A DNA stretch of 64,000 nt. Source: Eledone cirrhosa (taxonomy: Eukaryota). Shown here in pieces: positions 40,210 to 53,192 of the stretch (positions are counted from its first letter, which is position 1; each line of letters begins with the position of its first letter). The notes below the pieces were generated by a model, which was not told the origin of the DNA, made no database searches, and saw nothing but the letters and a program-made list of their open reading frames with translations. A program made the position numbers and the translations under genes. The stretch covers positions 383,966,001 to 384,030,000 of the forward strand of contig OZ024740.1 in the NCBI GenBank assembly GCA_964016885.1. Reading direction: 5' to 3'.

Positions 40210-41161
40210 GTAACTGCAAAGAAAGAACTGCTACAGAAACTGGCTAAGAAATGGCAAGAAATGCCTCTGTATGGAAAATACCCAGAGCGAGTTAACAATC
40301 CTGATGTTGACAAAACTTTAACCCATCAGTGGTTGGCATCCTCTGGACTGAAATCGGAGACTGAAGGACTGATTATATCGGCACAAGATCAGTGTCTGCC
40401 AACAAAAAATTACCAAGCCAACATAATAAAAAATGGGTGCAGCCCATTATGCCGTGTATGCAAAAAACAACCAGAGACCATTGACCATATAATTTCAATG
40501 TGCAGTCCTATAGCTCCAACCGAATACCTAAACAGGCATGACAGAGCTGCACAATACATACATTGGATAATGTGTAAGCATTTTGACCTGCCCCATCAAA
40601 AGAATTGGTGGGAGCATCAACCACCTCCCATACTTGAAAAAGATCACATCTCAATCTTGTGGAACTTTAGCATCCAAACAGACCGAAAAATAGATGCAAA
40701 TAGACCTGATATAATATTGAAGGACTTTAAAAAGAGGGTATGCCTGCTAATTGATATGTCTGTTCCAATAGACAAGAATGTATCTATAAAAACATTTGAA
40801 AAATTGAGCAAGTATAAGGACCTGGAGATAGAAATTGGAAAAATGTGGAAATTGAGAACTAAAACAATACCAGTGGTTGTAGGTGCTCTGGGAATGATAC
40901 CTAAGGGGTCTAATGATTACTTATCGCAAATCCCAGGAAACCCGCGTATAGGAGAAATACAAAAGATAGTACTAATGGGAACTGCCCATATACTAAGGAA
41001 GATTCTGTCAATATAAGTACATCACAAGTCTAAACACTAAAGATGCATGTCTGAGTATGTATGTTCTTTCTTGAACATGGCGGACCTTGTTGTCTCTTGA
41101 GGTCACTGGTTGTGACTTGGTGATAACTCGTATGAACATAAAGCAAGATAAATGCAACTGT
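40207..41161 (+). mobile_element. 5'-truncated family B copy (recombinant) with open CCHC/RLE frame 40261-41016
   Basis: Begins directly after (TAA)n and ends in (TAA)n. Confidence 0.9.
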
Positions 41162-41162
41162 A

Positions 41163-41196
<34 letters not shown>

Positions 41197-43225
41197 TAAT
41201 AATAAGGGAAGAAGACGAACATGTTGGATAGAACGTCGTGAAATCGCCCCCGTAAGTTTTTGATTTTGAACATATTTAACTCAATTGTGAAATAACAATT
41301 CTTAGTACAAATGATACATAAAGCATCCGACTTAAGTCTCAGAAGAATTCGAATCCATAATATATGGTTATATCGCACAAATATTCAATTTTGTATTATA
41401 CATGTTATATTCAAAAAAGAATATGGTTATAAATGGAAGAAAACCCCCCTCTGTCTACACTATATATAACAGCCAAATAACATCAATTTCACCAACATCA
41501 GAAACTAGATACACCACCTACCCTATTAGCCCTCTGTGTACACTAAATACAACAGCCAGATAACGGCAATTTCACCACCACCACCACCAATCTCAGCATC
41601 ATAATAATAATTACTATTATTATTGACTCAAGTTTTAAAAAAATGTTTAAATCCAATATTAAAGTAATATGTCAACACATATATTAAACATACGCGACAA
41701 ACGCATCGATACACAGATCAAACAAAACTAGTCTATTCAACAATACTCAGTAACGACAACGCCATCACTATAGTCACCGCCGCCACCACCTCATCCATCA
41801 TTGCCACCACTATCCCATCAGCGCCGCCACCACTCCTTCATTGCTACCACCACTATTCCCCCATTACCTTCTGTTAACTTAAGAAAGGGGAAGATGGCGG
41901 TATCACTAGACAAGGGAGAGGCTAGCAAAATATATAAATAGATTGACTTAGTGTCCCGGCCACCGGCTAAACGTCAACAACTATGGCACTGCTGGCTCCC
42001 CCTTCCCCACCAACAATAGAAAAAGCCCCAGCACCACGACCGACAATGCCAACAACAATAACAGGCAACTTCAGCAAAACGTATAATATATTATTAATAA
42101 TTTCATTCTTAAGCCACGCAATGCTCACATTAAGGAACCACTCATGATAATAACAATTTAAAAAACAACAAAAAAGAAAAGCCCGTGACCAAGAAATACC
42201 GGGATGGCAGCCGGCGAGGAATAGCCGTGTCTCTAGAGGAGAACGACCCCTCTAGTCTTGGTTGACAGGCGTCCTTGAAGTGGTAACACGAAATGATTAC
42301 CCCTTGGCGGATAAGGATAACACGCGACAAAATAAAGTAAATGTCTAATGATAAAATCTCATACCGGATCGGCCGTCACCCGGGTAAAAAAGGGCAACGT
42401 CCCTCAAAGAAGAACCAGACTGGGGTCGAAAAATCAGCTAATGGTTCAAACCTTCCCATCACTTCGGAGCTGGAGACCTCCCATAACCGGAATACTCCTA
42501 CTGTTGGCCCTCCATGCTCACCACCAAGAAATTCAGCCCATTATGCCGTGTATGTAAAAAACAACCAGAGATGATTGACCATATAATTTCAATGTTCAGT
42601 CCTATAGCTCCAACCGAATACCTAAACAGGCAAGACAGAGCTGCACAATATATATATTGGATAATGTGTAAGCATTTTGACCTGCCCCATCAAAAGAATT
42701 GGTAAAGATCACATCGCAATCTTGTGGAACTTTAGCATCCAAACAGACCGAAAAATAGATGCAAATAGACCTGATATAATATTGAAGGACTTTAAAAAGA
42801 GGGTATGCCTGCTAATTGATATGTCCGTTCCAATAGACAAGAATGTATCTACAAAAACATTTGAAAAATTGAGCAAGTATAAGGACCTGGAGATAGAAAT
42901 TGGAAAAATGTGGAAATTGAGCACTTAAACAATACCAGTGGTTGTAGGCGCTCTAGGAATGATACCTAAGGGGTCAAATGATTACTTATCGCAAATCCCA
43001 GGAAACCCGCGTATAGGAGAAATACAAAATATAGTACTAATGGGAACTGCCCATATACTAAGGAAGATTCTGTCAATATAAGTACATCACAAGACTAAAC
43101 ACCTAAAGATACATGTGTGAGTATATATGTTCTTTCTTGAATATGGCGGACCTGGTTGTCTCTTGAGGTAACTGGTTGTGACTTGGTGATAACTCGTATG
43201 AACATAAAGCAAGATAAATGCAGCT

Positions 43226-43300
<75 letters not shown>

Positions 43301-43303
<3 letters not shown>

Positions 43304-44250
43304 GTAACTGCAAAGAAAGAACTGCTACAGAAACTGGCTAAGAAATGGCAAGAAATGCCTCTGTATGGAAAATACCCAGAGCGAGTTAACAATCCTGATG
43401 TTGACAAAACTTTAACCCATCAGTGGTTGGCATCCTCTGGACTGAAATCGGAGACTGAAGGACTGATTATATCGGCACAAGATCAGTGTCTGCCAACAAA
43501 AAATTACCAAGCCAACATAATAAAAAATGGGTGCAGCCCATTATGCCGTGTATGCAAAAAACAACCAGAGACCATTGACCATATAATTTCAATGTGCAGT
43601 CCTATAGCTCCAACCGAATACCTAAACAGGCATGACAGAGCTGCACAATACATACATTGGATAATGTGTAAGCATTTTGACCTGCCCCATCAAAAGAATT
43701 GGTGGGAGCATCAACCACCTCCCATACTTGAAAAAGGTCACATCTCAATCTTGTGGAACTTTAGCATCCAAACAGACCGAAAAATAGATGCAAATAGACC
43801 TGATATAATATTGAAGGACTTTCAAAGGAGGGTATGCCTGCTAATTGATATGTCTGTTCCAATAGACAAGAATGTATCTATAAAAACATTTGAAAAATTG
43901 AGCAAGTATAAGGACCTGGAGATAGAAATTGGAAAAATGTGGAAATGGAGAACTAAAAAAATACCAGTGGTTGTAGGCGCTCTGGGAATGATACCTAAGG
44001 GGTCTAACGACTACTTATCGCAAATCCCAGGAAACCCGCGTATAGGAGAAATACAAAAGATAGTACTAATGGGAACTGCCCATATACTAAGGAAGATCCT
44101 GTCAATATAAGTACATCACAAGTCTAAACAGTAAGGATGCATGTGTGAATATGTATGTTCTTTCTTGAACATGGCGGACCTTGTTGTCTCTTGAGGTCAC
44201 TGGTTGCGACTTGGTGATAACTCGTATGAACATAAAGCAAGATAAATGCA
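43301..44250 (+). mobile_element. 5'-truncated family B copy with open CCHC/RLE frame 43355-44110
   Basis: Same truncation point as 40207; TAA on both sides. Confidence 0.9.
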
Positions 44251-44286
44251 AATAATAAAAATAATAATAATAATAATAATAATAAT

Positions 44287-44765
44287 GTTTTCTTTATTAA
44301 CCACAAGGGTTTACATAAAGTAGACATTAAGGACAGTACAGGACAATACAGGACGGTACAAATGGGCATTTATGCGTTTAAAAAAACAGAGGATGAACTA
44401 AAATAATAAAGAAAAATTCCCCAATAGGGGGGAGACTTCCGAGGGACATTTGTGGAGAAAGCCCATTAAAAGACGACAGTGGCCCTGACCACCAGGGCAA
44501 GTGCCCTCTCCCAGTTTTCCACCTTTAATTTACAGACACATACTCAGAGAAGGCCCATTCATTCGGGCTATACTTGCTTCTCTCACCCATCTTTCAACAA
44601 AATGCTGGGAAGAGAGCACTTCCCTCTCTACCCTGATTTTCCTTTTCAGATGAAATTTGAAAATGTTAATCAGGGCATCACCGAAGAGGTAAGTGCTCGT
44701 CTTCAGCCCTTTCAAACGTGTCCACCATACTATCTCTTTCGCCATGGCCACCAGACAGACAAAAA
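44287..44765 (-). mobile_element. 3' fragment of the Tx1-type element, flanked by TAA repeats
   Basis: Reverse complement of ~8130-8615. Confidence 0.9.
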
Positions 44766-44780
44766 ATAATAATAATAATA

Positions 44781-47643
44781 AAAGTTAAAAGAAACAACAG
44801 CTAAGGTAAACAAAGTCATCCCATACCTTGAGGCGAGGAGCCTTCACCAGTGCAACAATATCCTCAAAGCAACAGCAAATACGGTGAGGAAACAACTTGG
44901 TATAAAAGCGAGAGGAAACAACAGACAAGAAAGAGCAGAGCCTTGGTGGAAGAAACGACTGAGTGGTCAAATCAGGGAAATGAGAAATGACATTGGAAAG
45001 CTTGAGTCACTACTGAATGGGACACTAAAAAACATAGACACTAAAAATAGACTGGAAATAAAGTACAACACTAGGAGGAAAAAGCTAAATATTATCATAG
45101 AGGAACTGAAGCAACGCATTGTAGCAAAGAGTGCAAAAATCAGGCGATACGAGAACAGAGTCAGTCAGTATAAACAGAACCGCATGTTCGACAACAACCA
45201 GAAGATGCTGTTTGGACAGCTTGAGGGGAAAGTAAGGGAACGACTTGATCCCTGAGGCGGAACAAACTAAAACATTCTAGAGAGGAATATGGGAGCAGGA
45301 TGTTAGACATAATGACCAGGCAGTGTGGATTGAGACAGTACAGAAGGAGATCGGTGAACAGGCACACCAACAAACTGATTTGAGTATCACAGTTGAAACT
45401 CTTAAGGGGCAGGCCAAAAAACTAACCAACTGGAAATCACCAAGCCCAGATGGTGTGCAGGGGTATTGGATTAAAAATATAACATCCCTCCACCCGAAAC
45501 TGACAACCATGTTCAATGACTGCTTGATGTCAGGTGAGGTACCAGAGTGGTTGACAAAAGGTACCACAGTTCTGATAATGAAAGACCGAATCAAGGGTAA
45601 TGATGTTACCAACTATAGACCTATCACATGTCTGTCCGTAATGTGGAAACTGTTGACGAGCATTGTGTCTGAGGAAATCTACCTTCACCTCCACACAAAC
45701 AAGTTGTTACCGGACGAACAGAAAGGATGCCGAAAGAAGTCACGTGGTACAAAGGACCAGTTACTTATTGATAAGATGGTAATGGGGAATTTGTAGGAGG
45801 AGACACACTGATCTTGCCATGGGATCGATAGACTACAGAAAGGCATTTGACATGGTGCCTCATTCTTGGATCACCAAAAGCCTAGAGATCTTCAAGGTGG
45901 CAGATAACATCAGACAGTTGTTGGGCAAACGTATGAAGTCCTGGAAAACAGAGTTAACATCAGCTGGAGAATCCTTGGGAGGCGTGAAGATTACGAGAGG
46001 TATCTTCCAGGGAGATAGTCTGTGCCCTCTGTTGTTTGTCCTTGCCCTGATGCCCCTGACCAATGTACTGCGAAAAGTGAGCGCAGGATACAGGTTGGGA
46101 AAGGGAGGGCTTACCATCAATCACCTCCTCTTCATGGACGATCTTAAGCTCTTCGGGAAGAGTGAGAAGGAGTTGGATGTGCTTGTTGACACTGTCCGTA
46201 TTTTCAGCAGTGATATATGCATGCAGTTTGGTATTAGTAAGTGTGGAGTCATTGTGATGAGGAGAGGTAGGTTGAGCAGAAGTAACGGAATCCAGATACC
46301 AACAGGTGAGATGATAAAGGAAATTGACTCTGAGGAGGGATACAAGTATTTGGGCGTTCTGGAGGCTGATGGCATAAAGAACAAAAAAATGAAAGAATTG
46401 TTAAGTACTGAATACATTCGGAGAGTAAGGAGCGTATTGAAGTCACATCTGAACAGCAGAAATGCCATTAGCGCAGTAAATTCCCGAGCTGTGTCTATTA
46501 TTAGTTACAGTGCGGGAATTCTTAGATGGAATGTTGCTGAACAAAAAGAAATGGATAGGAAGACTAGGAAGCTATTGACTATCTACAACATGTTCCACAA
46601 GAGGAGTGATGTCGATAGACTCTACTTAAGAAGATCTGAAGGTGGAAGAGGTCTTATCAGCATAGAAGACTTTGTTCAGATGGAGAAAAACAACCTACAC
46701 AAATACGTGACTGATAGTAAGGAGCCAATGCTCAGAATTGTACTGAAGGAGGGGACAGTAGGCCAGGGGATGTCCAGGGAGGTAATAACATCAAGGAGAA
46801 AGAGCAGCCTTCAGGAAAAATCCCTTCATAGTACCTTCTTTGAGAAAACTGAATTCAGAGATCCACAGACATGGAACTGGTTGAGAAGAGGAGACCTTAA
46901 AAAGGCTACAGAAGGAATGTTAAAGGCTGCGCAGGAGCAGGCCCTCACAACGAAGTGGTTGAAACACCATATTTACAAGGAGGAGGCTAGCCCACTGTGC
47001 AGGATATGTGGAGAGAGAGAAGAGACTGTGGCTCACATTGTATCCGAGTGTAAACACCTAGCCCAGACCCACTATAAGGGCTGGAGACATGATGTGATGG
47101 GCAGGGTGATCCACTGGCACCTGTGCAAAGTAAACAATTTACCACATTCTGAAAAATGGTATGAGCATAAGCCAGAGTCCGTGATAGAGAACGATCAGGT
47201 GAAGGTGCTGTGGTTTTTTAGGATACAGACGGACAAGAAACTGGAACACAATAGACCAGACCTGGTGGTTGTGGACAAAGAAAAAAGGTCGTGTCTGATT
47301 GTGGATGTGGCCTGCCCATTCGACACGAGAGTGCAAGAGAAGGAGAGGGAGAAAATTAACCGATACCAGGACTTAAAGTGGGAGGTAAAAAGGATTTGGA
47401 ACTGCCATGAAGTCAAAGTGATCCCGAATGTCATAGGCGCACTGGGGACTATCTCCAAAAGTTTCCAGGGATGGTTAAAGAAAATCGGCCCCTTTACGCT
47501 TTTTGGAACGCTTCAAAAGGCATGCTTGCTGGGAACAGCAAGAACCCTCCGATACGTCCTGAATATCTGAGGCTGCAGGTAGTGGCTTGATATTCATTCC
47601 AACGGACTTTCCAGTTAACTAACATCAATGACTGAGACACAAG

Positions 47644-47644
<1 letters not shown>
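44781..47644 (+). mobile_element. 5'-truncated R4/Dong family A copy (RT, CCHC, RLE), few lesions, (TAA)n tail
   Basis: WKSPSPDGV, YRPITCL, EQKGCR, IDYRKAFDMVPH, GIFQGDSL, FMDDLKLF, CRICGEREETVAHIVSEC, RHD, NRPDLV, VDVACP, EKINRY. Confidence 0.95.
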
Positions 47645-47692
<48 letters not shown>

Positions 47693-47694
<2 letters not shown>

Positions 47695-49486
47695 ACTGGT
47701 CTTGCCATGGGATGGATAGACTACAAAAAGGCATTTGACATGGTGCCTCATTCTTGGATCACCAAAAGCCTAGAGATCTTCAAGGTGGCAGATAACATCA
47801 GACAGTTGTTGGGCAAAAGTATGAAGACCTGGAAAACAGAGTTAACATCAGCTGGAGAATCCTTGGGGGGCGTGAAGATTACGAGAGGTATCTTCCAGGG
47901 AGATAGTCTGTCCCCTCTGTTGTTTGTCCTTGCCCTGATGCGCCTGACCATTATACTGCGAAAAGTGAGAGCAGGATACAAGTTGGGAAAGGGAGAGCTT
48001 ACCATCAATAACCTCATCTTCATGGACGATCTTAAGCTCTTCAGGAAGAGTGACAACGAGTTGGATGTGCTTGTTGACACTGTCCCTATGTTCAGCAATG
48101 ATGTATGTGATGAAGAGGGGTAAACTGAGCAGTATCAACGGAATCCAGGTACGAACAGGTGAGATGATAAAGGAAATTGACACTGAAGAAAGATACAAGT
48201 ATTTGGGTGTTCTGACATCAAGAACAAAAAAATAAAGGAATTGATATGATCTGAATACATTCGGAGAGTAAGGAGCGTATTAAAGTCACATTTGAACAGT
48301 AGGAATGCCATAAGTGCAGTAAATTCCCGAGCTGTATCCATTATTAGGTACAGTGCGGGAATTCTGAGATGGAATGTTGCTGAACAAAAAGAAATGGATA
48401 GGAAGACCCGGAAGCTATTGACTATCTACAACATGTTCCACAAGAGGAGTGATGTCGATAGACTCTACTTAAGGAGATCTGAATGTGGAAGAGGTCTTAT
48501 CAGCATAGAGGACTTTGTTCAGATGGAGAAAAACAACCTACACAAATGCGTGACTGATAGTAAGGAGCCAACGCTCAGAATTGTACTGAAGGAGAGGACA
48601 ATAGACCAGGGGATATCCAAGGAGGAAATAACAACAAGGAGAAAGAGCAGCCTTCATGAAAAATACCTTCATAGTACCTTCTTTGAGAAAACTGAATTCA
48701 GAGATCCACAGACATGGAACTGGTTGAAAAGAGGAGACCTTAAAAAGGCTACCGAAGGAATGCTAATGGCTCGCATGAGCAGGCCCTCAAAACGAAGTGG
48801 TTGAAACACCATATTTATAAGGAGGACACTAGGACACTGTGCAGGATCTGTGGAGAGAGAGAGGAGACTGTGGATCACATTGTATCCGAGTGTAAACACC
48901 TAGCCCAGACTCACCTTAAAGGCTGGAGACATGATGTGATGGGCAGGGTGATCCACTGGCACCTATGCAAAGTAAACAATTTACCACATTCTGAGAAGTG
49001 GTATGAGCATAAGCCAGAGTCGGTGATAGAAAACGGTCAGTTGAACGTGCTGTGGAATGTTAGGATACAGACGGACAAGAAACTGGAACACAATAAACCT
49101 GACCTGGTGGTTTTTGACAAGGAAAAAAGATCGTGCCTGATTGTGGATGTGGCCTGCCCATTCGACACGAGAGTGCAAGAGAAGGAGAGGGAGAAAATTA
49201 ACCGATACCAGGACTTAAAGTGGGAGGTAAAAATTATTTGGAACTGCCATGAAGTCAAAGTGGTCCCGATTGTCATAGGCGCACGAGGTACTATCTCAAA
49301 AAGATTCAAGGGATGGTTAAAGAAAATTGGCCCCGCCCCGCTTTTTGGAACGCTTCAAAAAGCATGCTTACTGGGAACAGCAAGATCCTTCCGATACGTC
49401 CTGAATATCCGAGGCTGTAGGTAGTGGTTTGATATTCATTTCAACAAACTTTCCAGTTAACTAACATCAATGACTGAGACTCAAAG
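47693..49486 (+). mobile_element. Second, shorter and more decayed family A copy in tandem, (TAA)n tail
   Basis: Starts after (TAA)n at GWIDYKKAFD; frameshifted; same 3'UTR as the preceding copy. Confidence 0.92.
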
Positions 49487-49940
49487 AACAATAATAATAA
49501 TAATAATAATAATATTTCAAGAGTTATTAATAGTCAATATTTTTTTCTTCATGGTCAATATTTTTTTCAAAATTTGTATAATGCTTGAAAGGTTTATTAT
49601 TATACAGAGTATAGTGCTTTTAATCTATAGAGTAGTGTGATTTTAATCTATTGTAAAACTATATAGATTGAGTAATCACTGAACCATATTAATCTTTGGT
49701 TATATATAAATCTGTATATATATATATATATGTGTGTGTATATATATATGTATGTATATATATATGTATATATAGTATTAATTATACTATTTATGGTTAT
49801 GTAAATACAAAAACCTTTTGCAGTTATATATATTTGTTTATACAAACCCTAAATAGTGGTAGGCAGTAATATATTACTACCTTATTACCAGTAAGTTAAG
49901 TAGCTCAATGTAAAGACATCAGATGATTTACAGAGCAGTT

Positions 49941-49982
<42 letters not shown>

Positions 49983-49985
<3 letters not shown>

Positions 49986-50078
49986 CGAAGGAAATGTGGT
50001 AAGGAACCAGGTGGACCATAACGCACCAGAATTAGCCGTCGAAACGGCTTGAGCTCAGCTGTCGGGGTCTTACTGGTT

Positions 50079-50081
<3 letters not shown>
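49983..50081 (+). repeat. Short structured repeat in (TA)n with hammerhead-like half; deleted copy at 32911-32971, fragment at 19428-19462 (opposite strand)
   Basis: AGGAACCAG/CTGGTTCCT closing stem; GAAA-CGGCU-ugagcuc-AGCyG-UC. Confidence 0.6.
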
Positions 50082-50117
<36 letters not shown>

Positions 50118-50249
50118 GATGGAAATAATGACTTCACTTGTAGTTCTAATCAATATTTTCCTTTTTTCAAATATACCTCACTGTACCAAGGATTTCACAC
50201 ATTTTCCAAAATATATAAGGGTAAATCTACACTTTGGTCACGATTGACA

Positions 50250-50520
50250 ATGTGATTTGCACCTACAACGTTACCTCCCGAGGCACACGTATAGTCAAGG
50301 TTGTTTGTGGAAAACCACCAGTCACCCATGCATACCGGTCTCCCCTTTACATGCCAACAATGTTGTCGAGGGGAAAGACCTAGAGAACAAGGCACCAGCG
50401 GCGTTGCAACTCATTTCTATAGCTGATTAAACAAGGGCAGAATGCATCACCCGAACCAGGAATCGAACACACAGCCTCACAATTGCAGGACAAACGCTCT
50501 AGCCACAAATCCATGCCCTT
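50250..50520 (-). mobile_element. tRNA-derived SINE (different family)
   Basis: Minus-strand A-box TGGATTTGTGG and B-box GTTCGATTCC, followed by a non-tRNA body. Confidence 0.65.
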
Positions 50521-50534
50521 ATATATATATATAT

Positions 50535-50745
50535 ATAAGTTATTCCGGGTTGAATCGGGGGTAACCACAGTAAGTCAGCTACTCATTACATAGCAGTGTA
50601 TAAATGTTTTAATATAGAAAATATTCTACAGGACTAAAACTGTTTCACGATTTCACACGAATGAAACTGTTCTAATCCTGTAGAAGCTTTTCTATTTTAA
50701 AATATATATATACATACATATATTTGTGTGTGTGTGTGTGAGTGT

Positions 50746-50776
<31 letters not shown>

Positions 50777-51300
50777 CGTGCGCGCGCGCTTGTGTGTGTG
50801 TGTGTGTACCTGTTCTTGTGTGACTGTAGAATGAGGAATATGTTTCTAAATATTAGCTTTCTCATAATACATTCACACATTACCTGAATAAATATTCATG
50901 TTTGCAGAATGTACTTTTTGTATTCTAGCGGAAATGATTTCAGTTTCAACAAATGTATATATATATGTATGTATGTATACATATAAGTTTATCCCGGGTT
51001 CAATCTGAGGTAACCACAGTAGGTAAGGTACACAATACATACCAGAATATAAATATTTAATATATAAATGGCTTCTACTGGACTAGAAATATTTCATTCG
51101 GGAGAAATCATCAATACGCCCTTTATACTCTGCTATGTATTGAGTACCTTACTGAGGTCACCCCCGATTGAATCCGGGATCAACTTATCTTTTAGCTCTT
51201 ACTGTGCTCCACTTAACCAGGGCTTCCTGATGATTTCTCCCGAATGAAACAGTTCTAGTTGTGTAGAAGCCATTTCTATATTAAATATTTATACTCTGCC
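50535..51300. repeat. Two fold-back clusters (50535-50700, 50982-51300) of a ~170-nt hammerhead-containing repeat (putative retrozyme)
   Basis: Four partial copies in both orientations. TTTATACTCTGC recurs 166 nt apart (51122, 51288). Confidence 0.7.
51221..51271 (+). ncRNA. Type I hammerhead ribozyme
   Basis: GGCUUC-CUGAUGA-uUUCucccGAAu-GAAA-CA(guucuaguug)UG-UA-GAAGCC. Predicted cleavage after GUA at 51265. A sister copy gives stem III CAG/CUG. Confidence 0.8.
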
Positions 51301-51320
51301 ATATTTATATATATATATCT

Positions 51321-51420
51321 ATTATAATGAAAACGAAAAATCAGTAATGCATCTGGACTTAATTTATTGCGCGTTAAATTAAGTCCAGATGCATCACTGA
51401 TTTTTCGTTTTCTTTATAAT
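51321..51420. repeat. Hairpin palindrome, ~46-bp arms, 8-nt spacer
   Basis: GAAAACGAAAAATCAGTAATGCATCTGGACTTAATTTA and its reverse complement. Confidence 0.9.
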
Positions 51421-51786
51421 ATCTACACTCTACTCTGATGAATATCGAGTGCTAATTCTGGCATACCGCCTATGGAAGCACCTTAGCTACTATTATACAC
51501 AACTATATATATATATATATATGTGTGTGTGTATGTGTATGTGTATGTGTGTGTAGATATACATATGAATAGAATAAGAACTTTATTTCTTTGAGGAACA
51601 ATCAACATGTTCTGGTTCATTACCATTCATCACGACTGTATACCTATCTGTCAACGTTTTGAAAGGTTGAAAATATATACACATATGTCCGTCACTTGTT
51701 AGTTCAATATATATAAACATATATATATATATCCACACATACACACATTATATATGATATATATATATATGTAAGTGTATATATAT

Positions 51787-51865
<79 letters not shown>

Positions 51866-52969
51866 GAGAGAGCAATATAAATGCTTACATGTACGAATAT
51901 ATGTATATATATATTTGTATGTGTGTGTTTACGTACAAATTAATCTATTCGATATCAACGAAAACAATATATATGCAAATATATATGCAATTGTGCTATC
52001 AGCGGATTATACATATATATATTAAATTCAAGATTTGTAGAATTGTACATATTTATATAGGAAGTAAGACAAATGCAGATTTCAGACTCAGTAGAAGACA
52101 TGCCACTATTTTATCAAGTCCAGTGGAATGAAATTCTACATTAGGCGTTATTGTTATTTGCTATACAATTCGTCTTAGAAATAGGAAAGTCATTTCCGTA
52201 TTTACCACCTTGTAGCATGAAATTAATGTGCATATGAGAACTTCCATAACTTCCACAATTTCCATAAATACTTTCTAATTACGTGGACTTAAATTCAATA
52301 TTTGCCCTATTACTACATGGTTCTAATAGTAGTAGGGAGATAATTAGCATTGTCATTTGTTTTGTTAAAGCTGAACTACTGTTCGATCAAACAGGAGATT
52401 AACCCCATTTCGGCGTTACATGTGCATCTCGTTTCCATGATTGTCATCTTGCTAGCACTGACCTATTTTTTTTATATTTACCCTTTTAAATGCAAGCCTC
52501 TCATTTGAATATAACCCCATTTATTTGCATATTTATCATTTCGTATGTCCGATGTTCTAACTTGCCTTCCATCTACTCCGTTTAAAATAATATACAATTA
52601 TTAATTAACATGTCATGCTTTGATACTGTACGGACTGGTATCCTCGTTGACAGATAAAAATCCATTTGTGGGATTCGTCTCTAACTACATTTGGTCGAAT
52701 TCGTAGATAATTGTATTCGAGTAGCGCCTAATTATATTTCATTCGAAGCATCTGATATTAATCCATGGCATAATTATTTTAACGTGTGGCTGACTCGGTA
52801 CGCTGACTGTCAGGTACATGAGCTGATGAATTCATTTGTCAAAGGTGGAATTAGAGAAAGATAGAGCCCGTGATTCTGCTTCTGCAAGAGGCTACTTTAG
52901 TTTCAATCATCCAAAGTGAAGCACGTTGAAATTAACATAAGTGGATTTCATTATTCATGTCGACATTAT

Positions 52970-53192
52970 TAGGGCGGTGGATTGGCAGTATCGGTAAAGG
53001 GTCGGGCACATATGCTTTGCAGCATAGAGTTACGGCCGTTTACGTTCTGAGTTCAAATCTCGACGAGGCTATCTTTGCCTTTCATCCTTACGGAGTCGAT
53101 AAATATAGCACCGGTGATGCACTGGGATCGATTTAATCGACTTCCCCTCTCCTTCAAATTGTTGGCCTTGTGCCTTATGTAGAAACAATTAT
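52970..53192 (+). mobile_element. Nin/Deu-core SINE
   Basis: Same head, core and tail as 35939-36126. More degenerate minus-strand pieces at ~53865-54110. Confidence 0.8.

Larger units (their letters stand above)
37526..43707 (+). repeat. Tandem segmental duplication, unit ~3.09 kb
   Basis: Identical ORFs recur at +3088 (38015/41103, 39054/42142, 39589/42677) and at +3094 after the TAA tract. Confidence 0.92.

Noticed and set aside
50440-50520. tRNA gene
   Set aside because: A and B boxes are present but there is no cloverleaf and it continues into a SINE body.
52823-52865. CUGAUGA...GAAA as a hammerhead
   Set aside because: No convincing stem I or stem III.
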